64,000 nucleotides of DNA, from the NCBI RefSeq assembly GCF_000143415.4, contig NW_003314328.1, forward strand, positions 647,889 to 711,888, in the 5' to 3' direction. This DNA is from Selaginella moellendorffii. Lineage: Eukaryota > Plantae > Lycopodiophyta. Numbering within the stretch: position 1 is the stretch's first letter; each line of letters opens with the position of its first letter. A model generated the notes under the pieces. The model saw nothing but the letters and a program-made list of their open reading frames with translations, made no database searches and was not told the origin of the DNA. This document shows positions 34,507 to 47,600 of the stretch, piece by piece. A program made the translations under genes and the position numbers.

Positions 34507-36262
34507 TCAAACTCCAGCTTCTTGGGAGGTGACAGGCTTGAGAAGAAGCCCGTGCTCTTCGTCCGTACTAGTGGCGGCGGCGCCGCCGTTGGCACCTCCC
34601 TTCGCGCCGCCCTTCAGCTCCAGCTCCGTACCCGTCAGCCGCCGCGCCCGCTCCGCCTCCACCACCCAGTCCGTACGCCACACGACGAGCAGGATCGAGA
34701 ACGCGCACGCCGCCTGCGCCGCCAGGAGTCCGTACCACAGTCCGCCAAAGCCGACCTTAAACCAGAAGGCCAGCGCCACCGCGACGGGCGTCCCGAGGAA
34801 GTAGAAGGAGCCGAGGTTGATCCGCGCGCCAATGGCCGGCCGCGCGGTACCGCGCAGCACGCCGCACGCCGTCGTCTGGGGGCAGTTGCCCAGTTCGCAC
34901 AGCCCGATGAGCGGCATGACGGCGGCGGTGAGCGCCAGCACGCTGGCGTCGCGGGTGAAGACGCGGCCCCACTGGTGGCGCAGCGCGGTAGTCCACGTCA
35001 GCCCGGCGGTGGCCACCACCAACGCGCACCCCAGCGCGACGTATGCCGCGCGGCGCGCCCGGTCCGGCCGCCGCGCGCCCAGCTCGTTCCCGACCCTGGT
35101 GGAGACGCTGGCGCTCAGCGCGAGCGGGATCGTGTACATCAGCGAGGTGGTCTGGATCAAGATCGCGGTGGTGGCCACCGCGACCTCGGGATTCGGGAGG
35201 TAGCCCGCGAGCAGCGTCATGATCTCATACCACCACCACTCGAGGCAGATCGCGAAGCAGCTGGGCAGCGCGAGCGCCAGCAGCGGGCGCCACTCGCGGA
35301 GGCAGTCCATCGACCAGCCATCGCCCCAAGTCCGGCGGTAGACGCCCGAGATCCGGAGGTAGAGCAGGAGGAGCGCGATCATGAAGAAGTTCGTGAAGAC
35401 GGCGGCCATGGCGACGCCCGGGACGCCCAGCCGGAGCCCAAACGCGAGCGCGAGGCTGAGCGGGACGTGGAGCGCCACCGCCACGGCGGAGCACCACATC
35501 ATCGGCGTGGTGATGCCCTGCGATCGAAGGTAGACGCGCAGCGGCTGGAGGATGCTGTTGGCGAGGAGATCGGGCAGGGAGAAGAGGCAGTAGGTGCTCG
35601 CGACCGCGGTGATGCTTGGATCCTGGGCGAGGAAGAGGAGAATTCGGTGGAGATTGATCCAGAGGAGGGAGATTGGGACGCAGGCGGTGAGGAGGACGAG
35701 GATCGTCCGCCGGAGTGAGAGGCCGATGAGCTTCCAGTTCTTGGATCCGAAAGCTTGGGCGCAAATCGGGTCCATGCCGGATGCCAGGCCGAAGAGAACC
35801 GAGTAGCCCGTGATGTTGGTGAAGCCGATGGAGAGCGCGCCGCCGGCGAGCTCGCGGCCGCCCAGTCGGCCCAGGCAGAGCACCGAGACCATGGCTCGGA
35901 GGTAGACGACGCAGTTCATGGCGGTGATGGGCACCGCAATTCGACCCAATTCGCGCAGCTCCTCGAGAATCTGGCCATGGAGGAACCAAAAGAATCGAGC
36001 GATCAGTCTTGGGCTTCGATCGTGGAGAGGGAGAGAGATGGGCGATGGGCGATCGAGAAGAAATGCGAGAGAAATGTGGGAGAAATCTTGCCTGGGCGAG
36101 GGATGGGCACTCATGCAAGTGCTCCTCCACAATCATCTTGAGCGTGGCCTCGTCTAAGTGTTCTTCCTCGCCGCCATGGCCGACCTTGGAGAGCTTCTCT
36201 TGCCCTCCTCCTTTCTCCTCATCCCCAGCGACCTTTTGCCACGCCTTTGCTGGATCCTCCAT
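34507..36262 (-). CDS. MATE/DTX efflux transporter (largely intronless clade)
   Basis: [56 protein letters not shown] and [16 protein letters not shown] motifs. Exon 1 (36262-36092) joins 35970 via a GC-AG intron. Confidence 0.95.
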
Positions 36263-38019
36263 CGGCCTCACGAACGAAAAAAAAGAGAAAGCTCTACCTT
36301 CTCTCTCTTTTTTTTTTTTTTGCTCGATCAATCAATCAATCACTCGATCGATTGGGACGATTCACGCTCGATTGGAGTAAAGAAAAGGAGGCGAGACAAT
36401 GTAAGAGAGGACCAAAGGACACGCCGAGAAAACATCGAAAATCCTGACAAAGAAGCCCTTGTGTGTGTGGTTGCCATTGTATAGCTTATATACAAGCCTT
36501 TAAATTTTTCAATGCACATTTACTTATTGGCATTTAGGGCACGGAATGCGACACCGCCGCCACCCCGCCGTACGCCCCGCCGAAAACACATGCGGGCCGT
36601 GCGATGCCGGGGAGGTGCCATCTGCACCGTCGGCCCCGGCGCGCCACCGAATCTTTTAAAATGGTAGGCCAATACTGTCGCGGCGTGTTGCCCTACTTTT
36701 TGTAAAGCAATTGCGCGAAAGAATGTAGATTCCAGAGAATCATATGTGAAGTATTGTGTCTATGTAGTTAGCATTGCCATTATTTCTTGTTGTCTTATAA
36801 AGTATTCGCAAGGAGAATCCACATGGATGAATGAGGAAATCGGGAGTTATAGAAGTTAGGAGAGCTTCTCTTGCTAGATCGTCGTCGCCAAAGGGTATCC
36901 CTAGGCCGCATTGGGGTGCTTTCTTTTCTATAAAGGTGGGCATTTAGCTTAAGTGTTTGGGGGTGGGGGGAGGGGGGGCATTTAGCCATGAGTGTGATGC
37001 CCGCTTTGGTTCTCTTTGGAGCGAATTTTGATCATTGTCATTCTCAAAATCCGAAATTCTATAATTGCCCTCAATGGTTGAGAGAAAGAGAGGAAAACCA
37101 AGCGCCAAAAGGGATGATCACCATGAACTTTGGATCAACAAACAAACCCTTCTCTCCTTTTTTGTCCCGGAAGACCTTATGCCTTGCACTGTGGGTCTTT
37201 TGACACCGTCGTGATTATATGGCCCAAATTATAGCTCCTGGCAATCAAACCTCCTGAATCAGCCTTGATTTCTGGTTTTCATATACTTTTACTTGAAATA
37301 TCTATAGTATAATATTTGATTCCACTGCTAGCAGTGATCTCTCTCACTCTTACATAAACTTTGAGTGCTCTGCGGCGGTGCCGGATCGATTTGGTGGCAG
37401 TGAGTGCTCGCTGCGCTGCTCCAAAGTGTGCGCACCGGATTCTTCTACACTCTGCCGTGGAGCCTACGCGGCTGTGAAGCCCAAAACAGTGCTCTGGGGC
37501 CAATCAGCTTCCAATCTTCTACGAAAGATCACATCTTTCTACACATCTCAGGAACTGCAAATGCCATACTGGGCATTCATTGCCTTACGTTGGCCTGGGG
37601 AGATTCTTGTCAAGGCCACCGACAATTGGTTGGATTGGAGCTCCTTGGGTGGCCCCCCAAAACTTGATCGACATTCGCAAAAGCTTGTTGTTAAAATGGC
37701 TAGCCAATGTGAGGCTCCAGCACATTATTGAAACTGGGCACGCTTAGATTTTGGCTTTTTGGCATCCAGCACCATGCAAGAATAACTATAAAATACTAAA
37801 GACTAAATTATTTTAAATTTATTAAGGTTTTTAAAATTTAATTTCTAGAAAAGGAGGCAACCAGGATTGAACTAGTGACCCATTGGACTGCAGCCAATTG
37901 CTCTACCAGTGAGCTATACCTCCATTGGACGGGGAAGTTTACGCTAATTGCGAATCTATGGAATTATGCTTCTTTGTCAATGGAAATTCGTTTAGGTGTT
38001 CTAGGGCAGGGAAGCAAGA

Positions 38020-41000
38020 ATGGCGGAGAGGGAGAGGAGGAGCACTGTAATGCGGATGCTCGTCCCCGTCACTGCCCCGGAGGACAAGCGCTTGATCGAG
38101 TTTGACAGCGTTCTTCTCGATCACTTCCTCCGGATGCTCGAGGATCTCCACGGCCAGGGGATCAAAGAAGCTGTAAGTGATCGATCGACGTTTATTTTGC
38201 CCTGTTTGATCGATAGATCTTTGTTTCAAGGTCGAGCGCTGCTACCAGCTCTCGGTGGAGTACCAGAACAGTGGCAACACCAAGAAATTGGGTGAGCTCG
38301 CAACTGTGCTCGACGGCCTTGGCCCCGGGGATTCCAGCATTGTCGCGAGTTCCTTCTCTCACATGCTCAACCTGGGAAACCTCGCGGAGGAGGTCCAGTT
38401 CTCTTGCCGCAAGGCGAGCGCTGTGAGGAGATCCGGCGACATTGGCGATGAGAACAGTGCCGCGACGGAGTCGAACTTGGAGGAGACTTTTCGGCGGCTG
38501 ATGAGCGACGTGGGGAAAACTCCGGACGAGATCTTCCAGGCTTTGAAGCGCCAGACTGTGGATTTAGTACTGACTGCTCATCCAACTCAATCCATTCGAC
38601 GCTCGCTCCTCCAAAAACATGCTCGGTAAGAAAAGATCACAAACTTGACGAACTTCTCCTCTTGCTCGGTAAGAAAAGATCGTTAGACGTGAGCACTGAC
38701 TTGTTTGTGTCTAGCTTGCAGCATTCGTAACTGTTTGTCCCAGCTGCACAAGGACGACTTATCTCCCGACGATAGGCAAGAAATAGACGAGGCTCTCCAG
38801 CGAGAGGTAAGTGTTTTTTTGTCTCGTTTGTAGATAAACCAATGCTGGCTCCATTCTCGCAGATTCAAGCTGCTTTTCGAACTGATGAAATAAGACGTGC
38901 GCCCCCAACCCCGCAGGACGAGATGCGTGCCGGGATGAGCTACTTTCACGAGACAATCTGGAACGGCCTTCCCAAGTTTCTTCGTCGGGTGGATACTGCG
39001 CTAAGAAACATCGGTCTCAAGGAACGCCTTCCGTACAACGTTCCTCTCATACAGTTCTCCTCATGGATGGGAGGCGACAGAGATGGTATGCTTTTGCTGC
39101 TTTAACGATTGCTGAGCCTTACTTTTTCTTAAGGAAATCCTCGTGTAACACCCGAGGTTACGCGAGACGTATGTCTGCTGGCGAGGCTTATGGCAGCAAA
39201 TCTATACTTTTCACAGATCGAGGATCTGATGTTTGAGGTAGGAACTCTGCAAAGTCGTCATGCATAAAACTTTCTAAGAAGAGTTTTTTTTTGCTTCTCT
39301 GTAGCTATCAATGTGTCGTTGCAATGACGAGGTGCGCACTAGAGCCTCTCAGTTGCTTGCTGGAGAGAAAATCGATGTGAAACACTATATAGGTTTGCAG
39401 TGTCAACGTGCTTATCTTTGAGGAATCCGACTATCATTGCTATGTATCTGCTGGCAGAGTTTTGGAAGCAAATTCCACCCACGGAACCATATCGAGTACT
39501 GCTCGGCGATTTCCGTGACCGCCTTTATCAGACGCGAGGACGAACACGGCAGCTCCTTGGAAACGGGAAGTCCGACATTGGCCCAGATGAAACTTTCACC
39601 TCGACCGAACAGGTATATACTGGATCACCTACGTATGTCGACGTACTGATTGTGATACTGGACGATTCTTTGCTTGAAGCAGCACAGATACTGCAGCCTC
39701 TGGAGGTCTGTTATCGCTCTCTCTGCTCTACAGGTGACAAGCCAATCGCTGATGGAAGCCTGCTGGACTTCATGCGTCAAGTTGCGAGCTTTGGGCTGGG
39801 ACTCGTGAGATTAGACATTCGCCAGGAGTCCGAGAGGCATACAGATGTTATGGACGCCATCACGAATTACCTCGGCCTGGGTAGCTACAGAAGCTGGCCA
39901 GAAACGAAGAGGCAAGAATGGCTACTCACGGAGCTCCGCAGCAAGAGACCACTCTTTGGTGCTGATCTTCCGATGACTGAAGAGGTCCAGGACGTGCTAG
40001 GCACATTCTACGTTATATCCGAGTTGCCAGCTGACTGCTTTGGAGCCTACGTTATCTCCATGGCTACAGCTCCGTCCGATGTTCTCACAGTCGAGCTTCT
40101 GCAACGAGAGTGCCGGGTGAGCAAGCCACTGCGGGTGGTGCCGCTCTTTGAGAAGCTCGCGGATTTAGAAGCAGCTCCAGCAGCCATGGATTGCCTCTTT
40201 TCGATCGACTGGTATCGTAGTCACATCAATGGGAAGCAGGAGGTGATGATCGGCTACTCCGACTCTGGAAAGGACGCGGGGAGATTATGTGCTGCTTGGC
40301 AACTGTTCCAGACGCAGGAAAAGCTTGTCGAGGTTTCGAAGAAGCACGGTGTGAAGCTTGTCATGTTTCACGGACGTGGGGGCAGTGTCGGCAGAGGCGG
40401 CGGCCCGACTCATCTGGCAGTTCTTTCGCAGCCTTCGGACACAATCAATGGGTCGTTCCGCGTGACAATCCAAGGGGAAGTCATCCAGCAGTCGTTTGGA
40501 GAAGTCAGCTTTTGCTTCCGGACGCTCCAACGGCTTACTGCGGCGACGCTTGAACATGGAATGTGTCCGCCGAGAACACCCGAGCAACACTGGCGCTCGT
40601 TGATGGACGAGATGGCCGTGGTTGCAACGGCGGAGTATCGAGCCACTGTTTTCAAGGACAAACAATTCATGGACTATTTCACAGCGGTAAGAAAGAAGCT
40701 TTTTCTGCAGCTTGATTACAATGCAAGGAGCTGTTTTGCAGGCAACTCCAGTGCTGGAGTATGGACGGATGAACATAGGAAGCCGACCTTCCAAGAGAAA
40801 TCCCAGCGGAGGCGTCGAGTCCCTCCGGGCAATCCCATGGATCTTCGCCTGGACGCAGACCAGGTTTCACCTTCCAGTGTGGCTCGGAGTTGGAGCGGCT
40901 TTCAAAGCAGTGATCCAGCGCGATGCAACGAACTTGCAAGCGCTCCAGGAGATGTACAAGATGTGGCCCTTCTTCCGTGCAACCGTGGACCTCATCGAGA

Positions 41001-41453
41001 TGGTGTTTGCAAAGGGAGATCCCCGTGTCGCGGCGCTGTACGACGAGCTTTTGGTTCCCAAAGAGCTGCTGCCATTTGGAGACCACTTGAGGCAAAAGTA
41101 CGAAGAGACAAAGGAGCTGCTGCTCAAGGTACGTGAATCCATTTTCGAGCTTTTGGATTTGGATGCGATGGCTGGAAAGGAGCTTGCAGGTGGCGGGACA
41201 CAGCGAGCTTTTGGCCGGGAATCCGATATTAAAGCAGCGGCTGAGCCTTCGCGAGCCATTCATAACTCCGCTCAACGTACAGCAGGCTTTCACGCTCAAG
41301 AAGCTGAGGCAGCAGAGCTCGAGGATCTTTGTGGAGCTGCCGGTGGCGGAGGTGGTGGCGTCGAGAGCCACGGCGGAGGTGGCGGCTGGAATTCACGACT
41401 CGCTCATCCTCACCATGAAGGGAATCGCGGCTGGCATGCAAAACACTGGCTAG
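38020..41453 (+). CDS. PPC: Phosphoenolpyruvate carboxylase, plant type
   Basis: [43 protein letters not shown] and [12 protein letters not shown] motifs, and C-terminal GMQNTG. About 10 exons. Confidence 0.97.
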
Positions 41454-41481
41454 ACTTACTATTCTTTTCTTGGTGAATGAT

Positions 41482-42480
41482 CTACAAAATATATTTCCCT
41501 TTCATATTTGATCTCCTATGCTTCACATTTATGGGATCACAAAGTTTCACATTTATGGGATCATACAAAGCCTTGGGTGTTTTGCAATCCTCCCACACCT
41601 TCTCGTCCAGATTGTAACAAAATTCTTGCGAGCTCGTGTCTCCATCTTCCTCACACTCGGCCGGGGTAAAAGCACGAAAGCACAGGTAGCTTTTCTTCGA
41701 CCTGAAATCGAAATGCTGCCGAATGTATGAGACACATATCTCGTCAGCGATGACCTTTTCAGCCTCCAAACGTATTTCGTCTCTTGTAATATCCCAAATT
41801 TTGATCTTTCCTTCGAGATCCTCATCCTCGGTTGCCACCACAAAAAGTTTCTTCTCCCAGACTAGAAGATGGGCTTGCCCTCGCATCCCAATCACAGATA
41901 AATCCCTAAACAAGAACTCACAAGTTGTGGTATCATAGATTGTCAAGCTCTCTTTATCGATGTTGATCGAGACCACTTTGTCGTCGAAAACCACTGGGGT
42001 TGATGCCAAGCTCCGAGGCAAATCCTTTTCCTCCACCCAGCAAGATTGCCCACGGGAGAATGTCCAGACCCGGTTATGAAACCCCCATGCCACAAGTTTG
42101 TAGCATCCGTCATCACCTTTGATACAAACGCTATCAAACTGCACCATCTCGTCCTGGACCTCGGGGATTGTTTCCCAGCTACCAAGAAAAGGATTTCCAA
42201 TGTAGTATCGCTTGTTGTGTGCGGCAATCACTAGGTTATCTCGAAAGGTGGCGGAGTACATTTCATGTCCTCCCCAATGCATAACCGCGGTGCTAGAGTC
42301 CATGATGATCGCATCCCATGAAATCACGCCACTGTCAGAAAAGAGCTCCGTGAAACTTGGTAAGTTTACGAGCTTCCTCCAATGTTTGCATACGCTCCTC
42401 ACCCTGATAACGCCTGAAATAGGAAGCCTTAGAAAGATGGCTTCTAGAACCTCTTCTGGCAGGCACAAGATCCTCTTCAT
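41482..42480 (-). CDS. Single-exon F-box protein with beta-propeller-like C-terminus
   Basis: LPEEVLEAIFLRLPISGVIRVRSVCKHWRKLV F-box. IGNPFLGSWETIPE resembles F-box-associated repeats. ATG at 42480. Confidence 0.85.
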   Translation of the reverse strand: MKRILCLPEEVLEAIFLRLPISGVIRVRSVCKHWRKLVNLPSFTELFSDSGVISWDAIIMDSSTAVMHWGGHEMYSATFRDNLVIAAHNKRYYIGNPFLGSWETIPEVQDEMVQFDSVCIKGDDGCYKLVAWGFHNRVWTFSRGQSCWVEEKDLPRSLASTPVVFDDKVVSINIDKESLTIYDTTTCEFLFRDLSVIGMRGQAHLLVWEKKLFVVATEDEDLEGKIKIWDITRDEIRLEAEKVIADEICVSYIRQHFDFRSKKSYLCFRAFTPAECEEDGDTSSQEFCYNLDEKVWEDCKTPKALYDPINVKLCDPINVKHRRSNMKGKYIL

Positions 42481-44495
42481 TATTGAATGGTACCCTAACA
42501 ATCTTTACTTCGTCTTTATATATAACCAAGATTACCTTTTCGAGATAGCGTAAACCATGGTTATCATAAAATAAGATCCGAATATTCGCACATAAAATCC
42601 GGTTGGACTATGATAGAGTGGGGGTTATAAATCTTTGCACTCCTAGATGCAGCTGTGTTGGTTGAGGGGTGGTTAAAAAGTGAGGAGATTTCCAGCTGAA
42701 AGTAACAAGCATTAAAAAAGTTGTAACAAAATGAAACTAAATCTTACCATTCTTGATAAACTGTCAATCTCCAACTGTTTGTAACTGCCATCACATGTCG
42801 TTTCTTTTATATATATATATTCCGTTTTCAGAATTCTTGTGTATGAATTGCTGAGCTTGCATCGGTCAGGAAAGGCAGGGATTTGCATTGGACTGGAAGA
42901 CAGCAATCTAAACAAAACACGCAAGCATGCGCACAAACAGTGTTGTGGGGGCTGCAAGCGCAAATCAATCGATTCAATGAAAACCCTTGAAGCATCATCC
43001 GGTCTTTAATAATTCATTCCAATGTGACAAATCCCGCGAAGATATACACATCGTTCCACATATTCTAGCCTAAACGCACTTATGCTCTTGATTCTATCTG
43101 TCCGTGGAACGTGGGAAACTTCAGTGTGTGTTTGGATGGAACTCCCTGGCTCTTTGCAAATTGCCAGAAAGGCTGCCAATACAAATAAAAAAGTAGGATG
43201 TTGATAGAGTGAAAATGAGTGCTGCCATGCAATGCAATGCTCATGACAACCTAGCGATTATTATTCCCTTGCCTTCCATTCTTCCCAAATCACAATTCTT
43301 TTCAGTCTCGCAAAATCTCTCAATCCATTCTTTCCATCCCCAAGTTGGTACAAAAGCAAAGATTCCCCCCTTTCCATTCTCTCCTTTATTTTTTGTTGCT
43401 TGTCACCGACTGTGTGACAATAGTATGAAGAGATATCGAAAAAATATGTGCTTGGGGATTGGTCCCGTGGACCCATGGGCGGTGCCGGCGGGCCCACCAA
43501 CACGGTCCTCCCTGTCAGCATTGCTGACGTGTGACGGGTCGACTGTTTCCTTTCGTCCCAGGCGCTTTCCAGTTGGGGCATATAGTTGTGCCCATCAACC
43601 TTTTCTTTTTAATCAAAAGGGCGCGATTTCATACTAGAATATAATTTCATGGTTTCTAAAGTGATATTGCGATTCCATGGGCTGGAAATGCAAAGATTCC
43701 ACATGGTTTTAGAGGTTTTCGTAGAGATGGGATGGATTAGGTTAGCAGACTTTTTGGGTGCGAACGGCTAAGGCCTTCACATGGGGCCCTCGTGGCAATT
43801 CCAACACGAATTCTAGTGGCCTTTCTTTTTTCTGAAAATGAGTATTATGCGCTATACAGTGACGGAATATTCGTTGTACTGGATACGATATATATATGCG
43901 CCTTGCTTGAGGAGCTGGAGGTTTCTCTCGGTTTTTTTGATTGATCCATTGAGCGCGCTCGCGAGAGAGGAAAGGCGAGGAAGAAATCGATTAGGTTCTT
44001 CGGTGGCGAGAGAGATCCGGTAGCTCTCGCTTTGGATCGTTGGTCAAGGTTGTGAAGTGGTCGAAGGGAGTTTATGTGCATTCTTCCTGTTGGTTTTGGT
44101 CCGTCTGTGTGGTGGAGTGTATCGTCTGTGCTCTGCATTTTTTAGGAGCCAGGTCTATCTTGATCCACCGCTGGAAATTCTTTGATCCGCGATTGCGCTG
44201 CCTCGAGGCATCGCTCGCGCCAGTTTTGCTTTTTGCATATATCTTTCTTTTCCCTCCTGGGATTGTTTGACAGACCCCGGGGTTTTGCGTTTCGATTTTG
44301 TGCATAGTCGCGTCGAGAGGGATAAAGCTTCCAAGAAAATCGAAAAAAGAAAACATTTCGCCTTCGTGAGATTGATAGTGAGTCTGAGATCGATTTCGAT
44401 CGAATCGATCCAAGTCTAGTATTCTAGTGTGCATAAACTCGCTCGTCCCAATCCCAATTTTGCTGTGTTGTATATTTTGCTTTGTTCTTAACATC

Positions 44496-44589
44496 ATGGG
44501 GAAGTGTTCTAGCAAAGAACGTGTTGGAAAAGCAATGGTCTCCAAGATCAATGCCGTCCAGAAATCTTCGGGGGCTTCGAGCTCGAATG

Positions 44590-44620
<31 letters not shown>

Positions 44621-47600
44621 ATCCAACACAAAGCCTCAGGTATGGATCATTCGGAAAACTTCTCCTTTCTCTCATTCCTTGTGTATCTCCAGTCCATTCC
44701 AAGCTCGAGTGGTAGCACCAGGGTCCAGGTACGATCAAGCCTTAAAAGACAATTTGGTTGATTCATAAAACATACTTCCAGGACAACAATTCTCCCAAGA
44801 ATGTTGGGGTGGTGGTGCCACCAATCTCCATCCCTGCCCCTCCCGCCCCGGCTGTAGGCTCAAATATCCAACGAGGAGGCCCCGGCTCGGTGTCGGACAG
44901 ATTCCACGATGCACAAGAAGAACTCCCCGACTTCCCCACGCTCGACGCCCAAGGCAACGTCCCACCCGAGGAGCACCCAACTCCAAAGATGGGCTCCTCT
45001 TACAAGCAGCCATCCTCGTCGTCCCCAGCGTCGTCTCCCCAGGAAGTGAAAAAGATCCATTCCTACGCATACGTGGTGGCCCAAGCGCCACCATCCGCAA
45101 GTAAGTTGAGCTCGAGTTCTTCGTGTCCAGGTAAGTCGTCTAACCTCGAGGTCCTTAGCAGTAGTAATAGTAGCGCTGGTAGTTTCGGTAGAAGCCAAAG
45201 CCTTGAGACGTCTAGTAGAGCTAGCGAGACAAAGTTTTCTCACACAACCACCAGAACACCATCGAAAACTCCAGAAACCGTCGTGAAGCCCGAGTTAGTT
45301 TCGACTCAAACACCAAGTGCTAAGCCCGATCCTTACAAATCCGACTCGAAATATGCCAAGCCTGCTTCTACAACCAAGCTAGCTCCTGAATCAAAAACCA
45401 AAAGTGTTGAGACCATGAAGCCTGCCCCGGACACCAAAGGTAAGCCCATTAGTAGCAAAGGTAACAAGCCGCCTCCTCCGGTGCAAGAGAAGGCCTCACC
45501 GAAAGCCAAGTCTCCGCCTAAGGCCAAGGCTTCCCCGACGCCAGTAAGAGTTACAGAGCCTGCGATGCAAAACCGCAAAGAAGAGAAAGCTGCCGGCGTT
45601 TCTCGTCGTGGCTTTGTTCTCGAGGACTGGGAACTTGTCTCCAAAGCCACTGAAACTCCGGACGACAAACAAAAGGTGAGTGACATCTTTTTCGAGATCT
45701 GCTTATATAACTTTGATGAACCAGGCATCAAGAACAGCAAATACAGAGACCACAAAAGCTGGGCCGGATAGGAAAGCAGTGGATAGTCTAGGAAAACCAG
45801 GTGGCGCGATCAGGCCTCAAGCGGGATCTGATGTATCATCAGAGAACCGAGTAGGAAAACAGGCAGCCCCCCCGGAGATTATAAAAGAACAGAAGGCCAG
45901 GGAGATCCCAGCGATGGAGAAACGTTCATCACAATCTAAAGCAGCAACAGCAAAAATAGTCAAAGCTACACCGGAAGTGCATGTGCCGGGAAGTGATAAC
46001 TCCATGTCGAGCTTCAGTGGACCGTCTGATTCATCAAAAGTTGGCGAGGAAAAACAGCATGCTCAAAAGCGTGAAGCTGCTCAAGTTGGCGCTGGAACGA
46101 AGAGAAATTCGGGACAGGAGGAGCCAGTAAACATTGCGAAAGAAGTACCAGATAATGCTACAATCAAGGATGTTACAAGGGATTTTGACAAGAAAACTCC
46201 ACAAGGAGCTCAGAACAAACGAAAAGATGATACGCCAAAGCAGGAAGCTAAGATAGATCAGATCGGCATTGGCACATCGGTAACAACTTTAGGAGAGATA
46301 CAAGAGAAACCACAAGCAATTGCCGCTCTGCCTAAGGAGGAAAAGGCACCTGTTCCCGATCAGAAGCCACAGGAAGCGCCAATATCAGATACAGTGGCAG
46401 ATGCCACATCCAAATCAAATCTTGATGTGCCTAGGGACAAACCGCAGCACCGGGCGATAGCTCCATATGCGATAGTGAAGCGGGAAAATGATGATTCGTG
46501 CGTGGAGGAACAGCCCGCTGGCAAATTCACAATGAAATTGGAAGACAACGTAGAGAAGCCAGCCGTTTCTGAGCATGAGCTCAAGCTACCAGACAATTTT
46601 TACGGTGCTCAGACAATTGCAGCTGCACAGAACGTACAAGTCGCGACTCCAGCAGAAATGCAAGTGCTATTGGACATATATCCTGAGGCTGTGCAAAGAA
46701 ATGAGGAGCAGACTGCAAGTGACGTTTCCCTGAAGGATCCAAAAGCCCCTGTACCTTTGGAATACTTAGCAGGACTAGTCGAACACGTCATATGTACCAC
46801 AACAGAGGAACATGAAAACGTGACACCGCCCCAAATAAAGAGAAGTGCGCGTCCCAACCAAGGAAAGGACAACAGAAAAGAAAGAGACGAAACGGTTTCG
46901 GGCCTGCCCGTTCCCAAAGTCGTACAAGAAACATCGAAGGCCGTCGAGTTACAACAAGCCACGCCTTCAGAAGCCATGCCTGTGGTTAAAAAGAAGGCTG
47001 CAAGGGAGGCAATACCCGAGCCTCCAGCAGCAATGCCTCCAACCCCGGAAAACAAGGAAAAAGAGAGCCATGACGCAGCCAAGTTGGCTGTAGAGCATGC
47101 TGAGGCCGAGGAGAGTGATCCCAAGGCGATTGTGAAGGAGGGAGAAAAGGTGGCAGACCAGGAAATTAAGAGGTCCCCGCTGGATTGCACACACGCGACA
47201 GATTCTGTGGTGAAGGAGACAGCAGCTCCTGCCAGTGACGATTTTTCTCAGCTAGTGGCACAGGAAAAGAAAGTCAGGGAGCTACTGGTTTCTGAACGTG
47301 AGCTCGAGCTGCCTGTCCCAGTAGTCTCGCAGCACGCACAGCAGCACGTCAAGGAGCAGACACAAGCTGTGCCAGAGGATGCAAAGGATGCCAAGGAGGT
47401 GGAACAAGCCGAGCCAATAACAGCTCTAGCAGCAATGCCCGTGGCCAACGAGGTCTTGCCCGCAAAAGACAAACCTGAGAAGGCCAAGGTGGCTGTGGAC
47501 GACCAGGTGGAGCATTCTGACACCCAGGAGAGTGCTCCAGAGCTGATCGTGGAGGAGGAAGAAAAGGTGGCGGAGCCACAGATTGAGAAAGCCGTGCCGG

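Noticed and set aside
34408-36331. 436-aa (+) and 368-aa (-) ORFs overlapping the MATE gene
   Set aside because: GC-rich antisense or alternate-frame shadows. Only the MEDPAK...CPSLAQ part is real (MATE exon 1).
36500-37900. Short ORFs and a GC-rich patch between MATE and PEPC
   Set aside because: No homology or RNA structure that I can support. Treated as a divergent promoter region.
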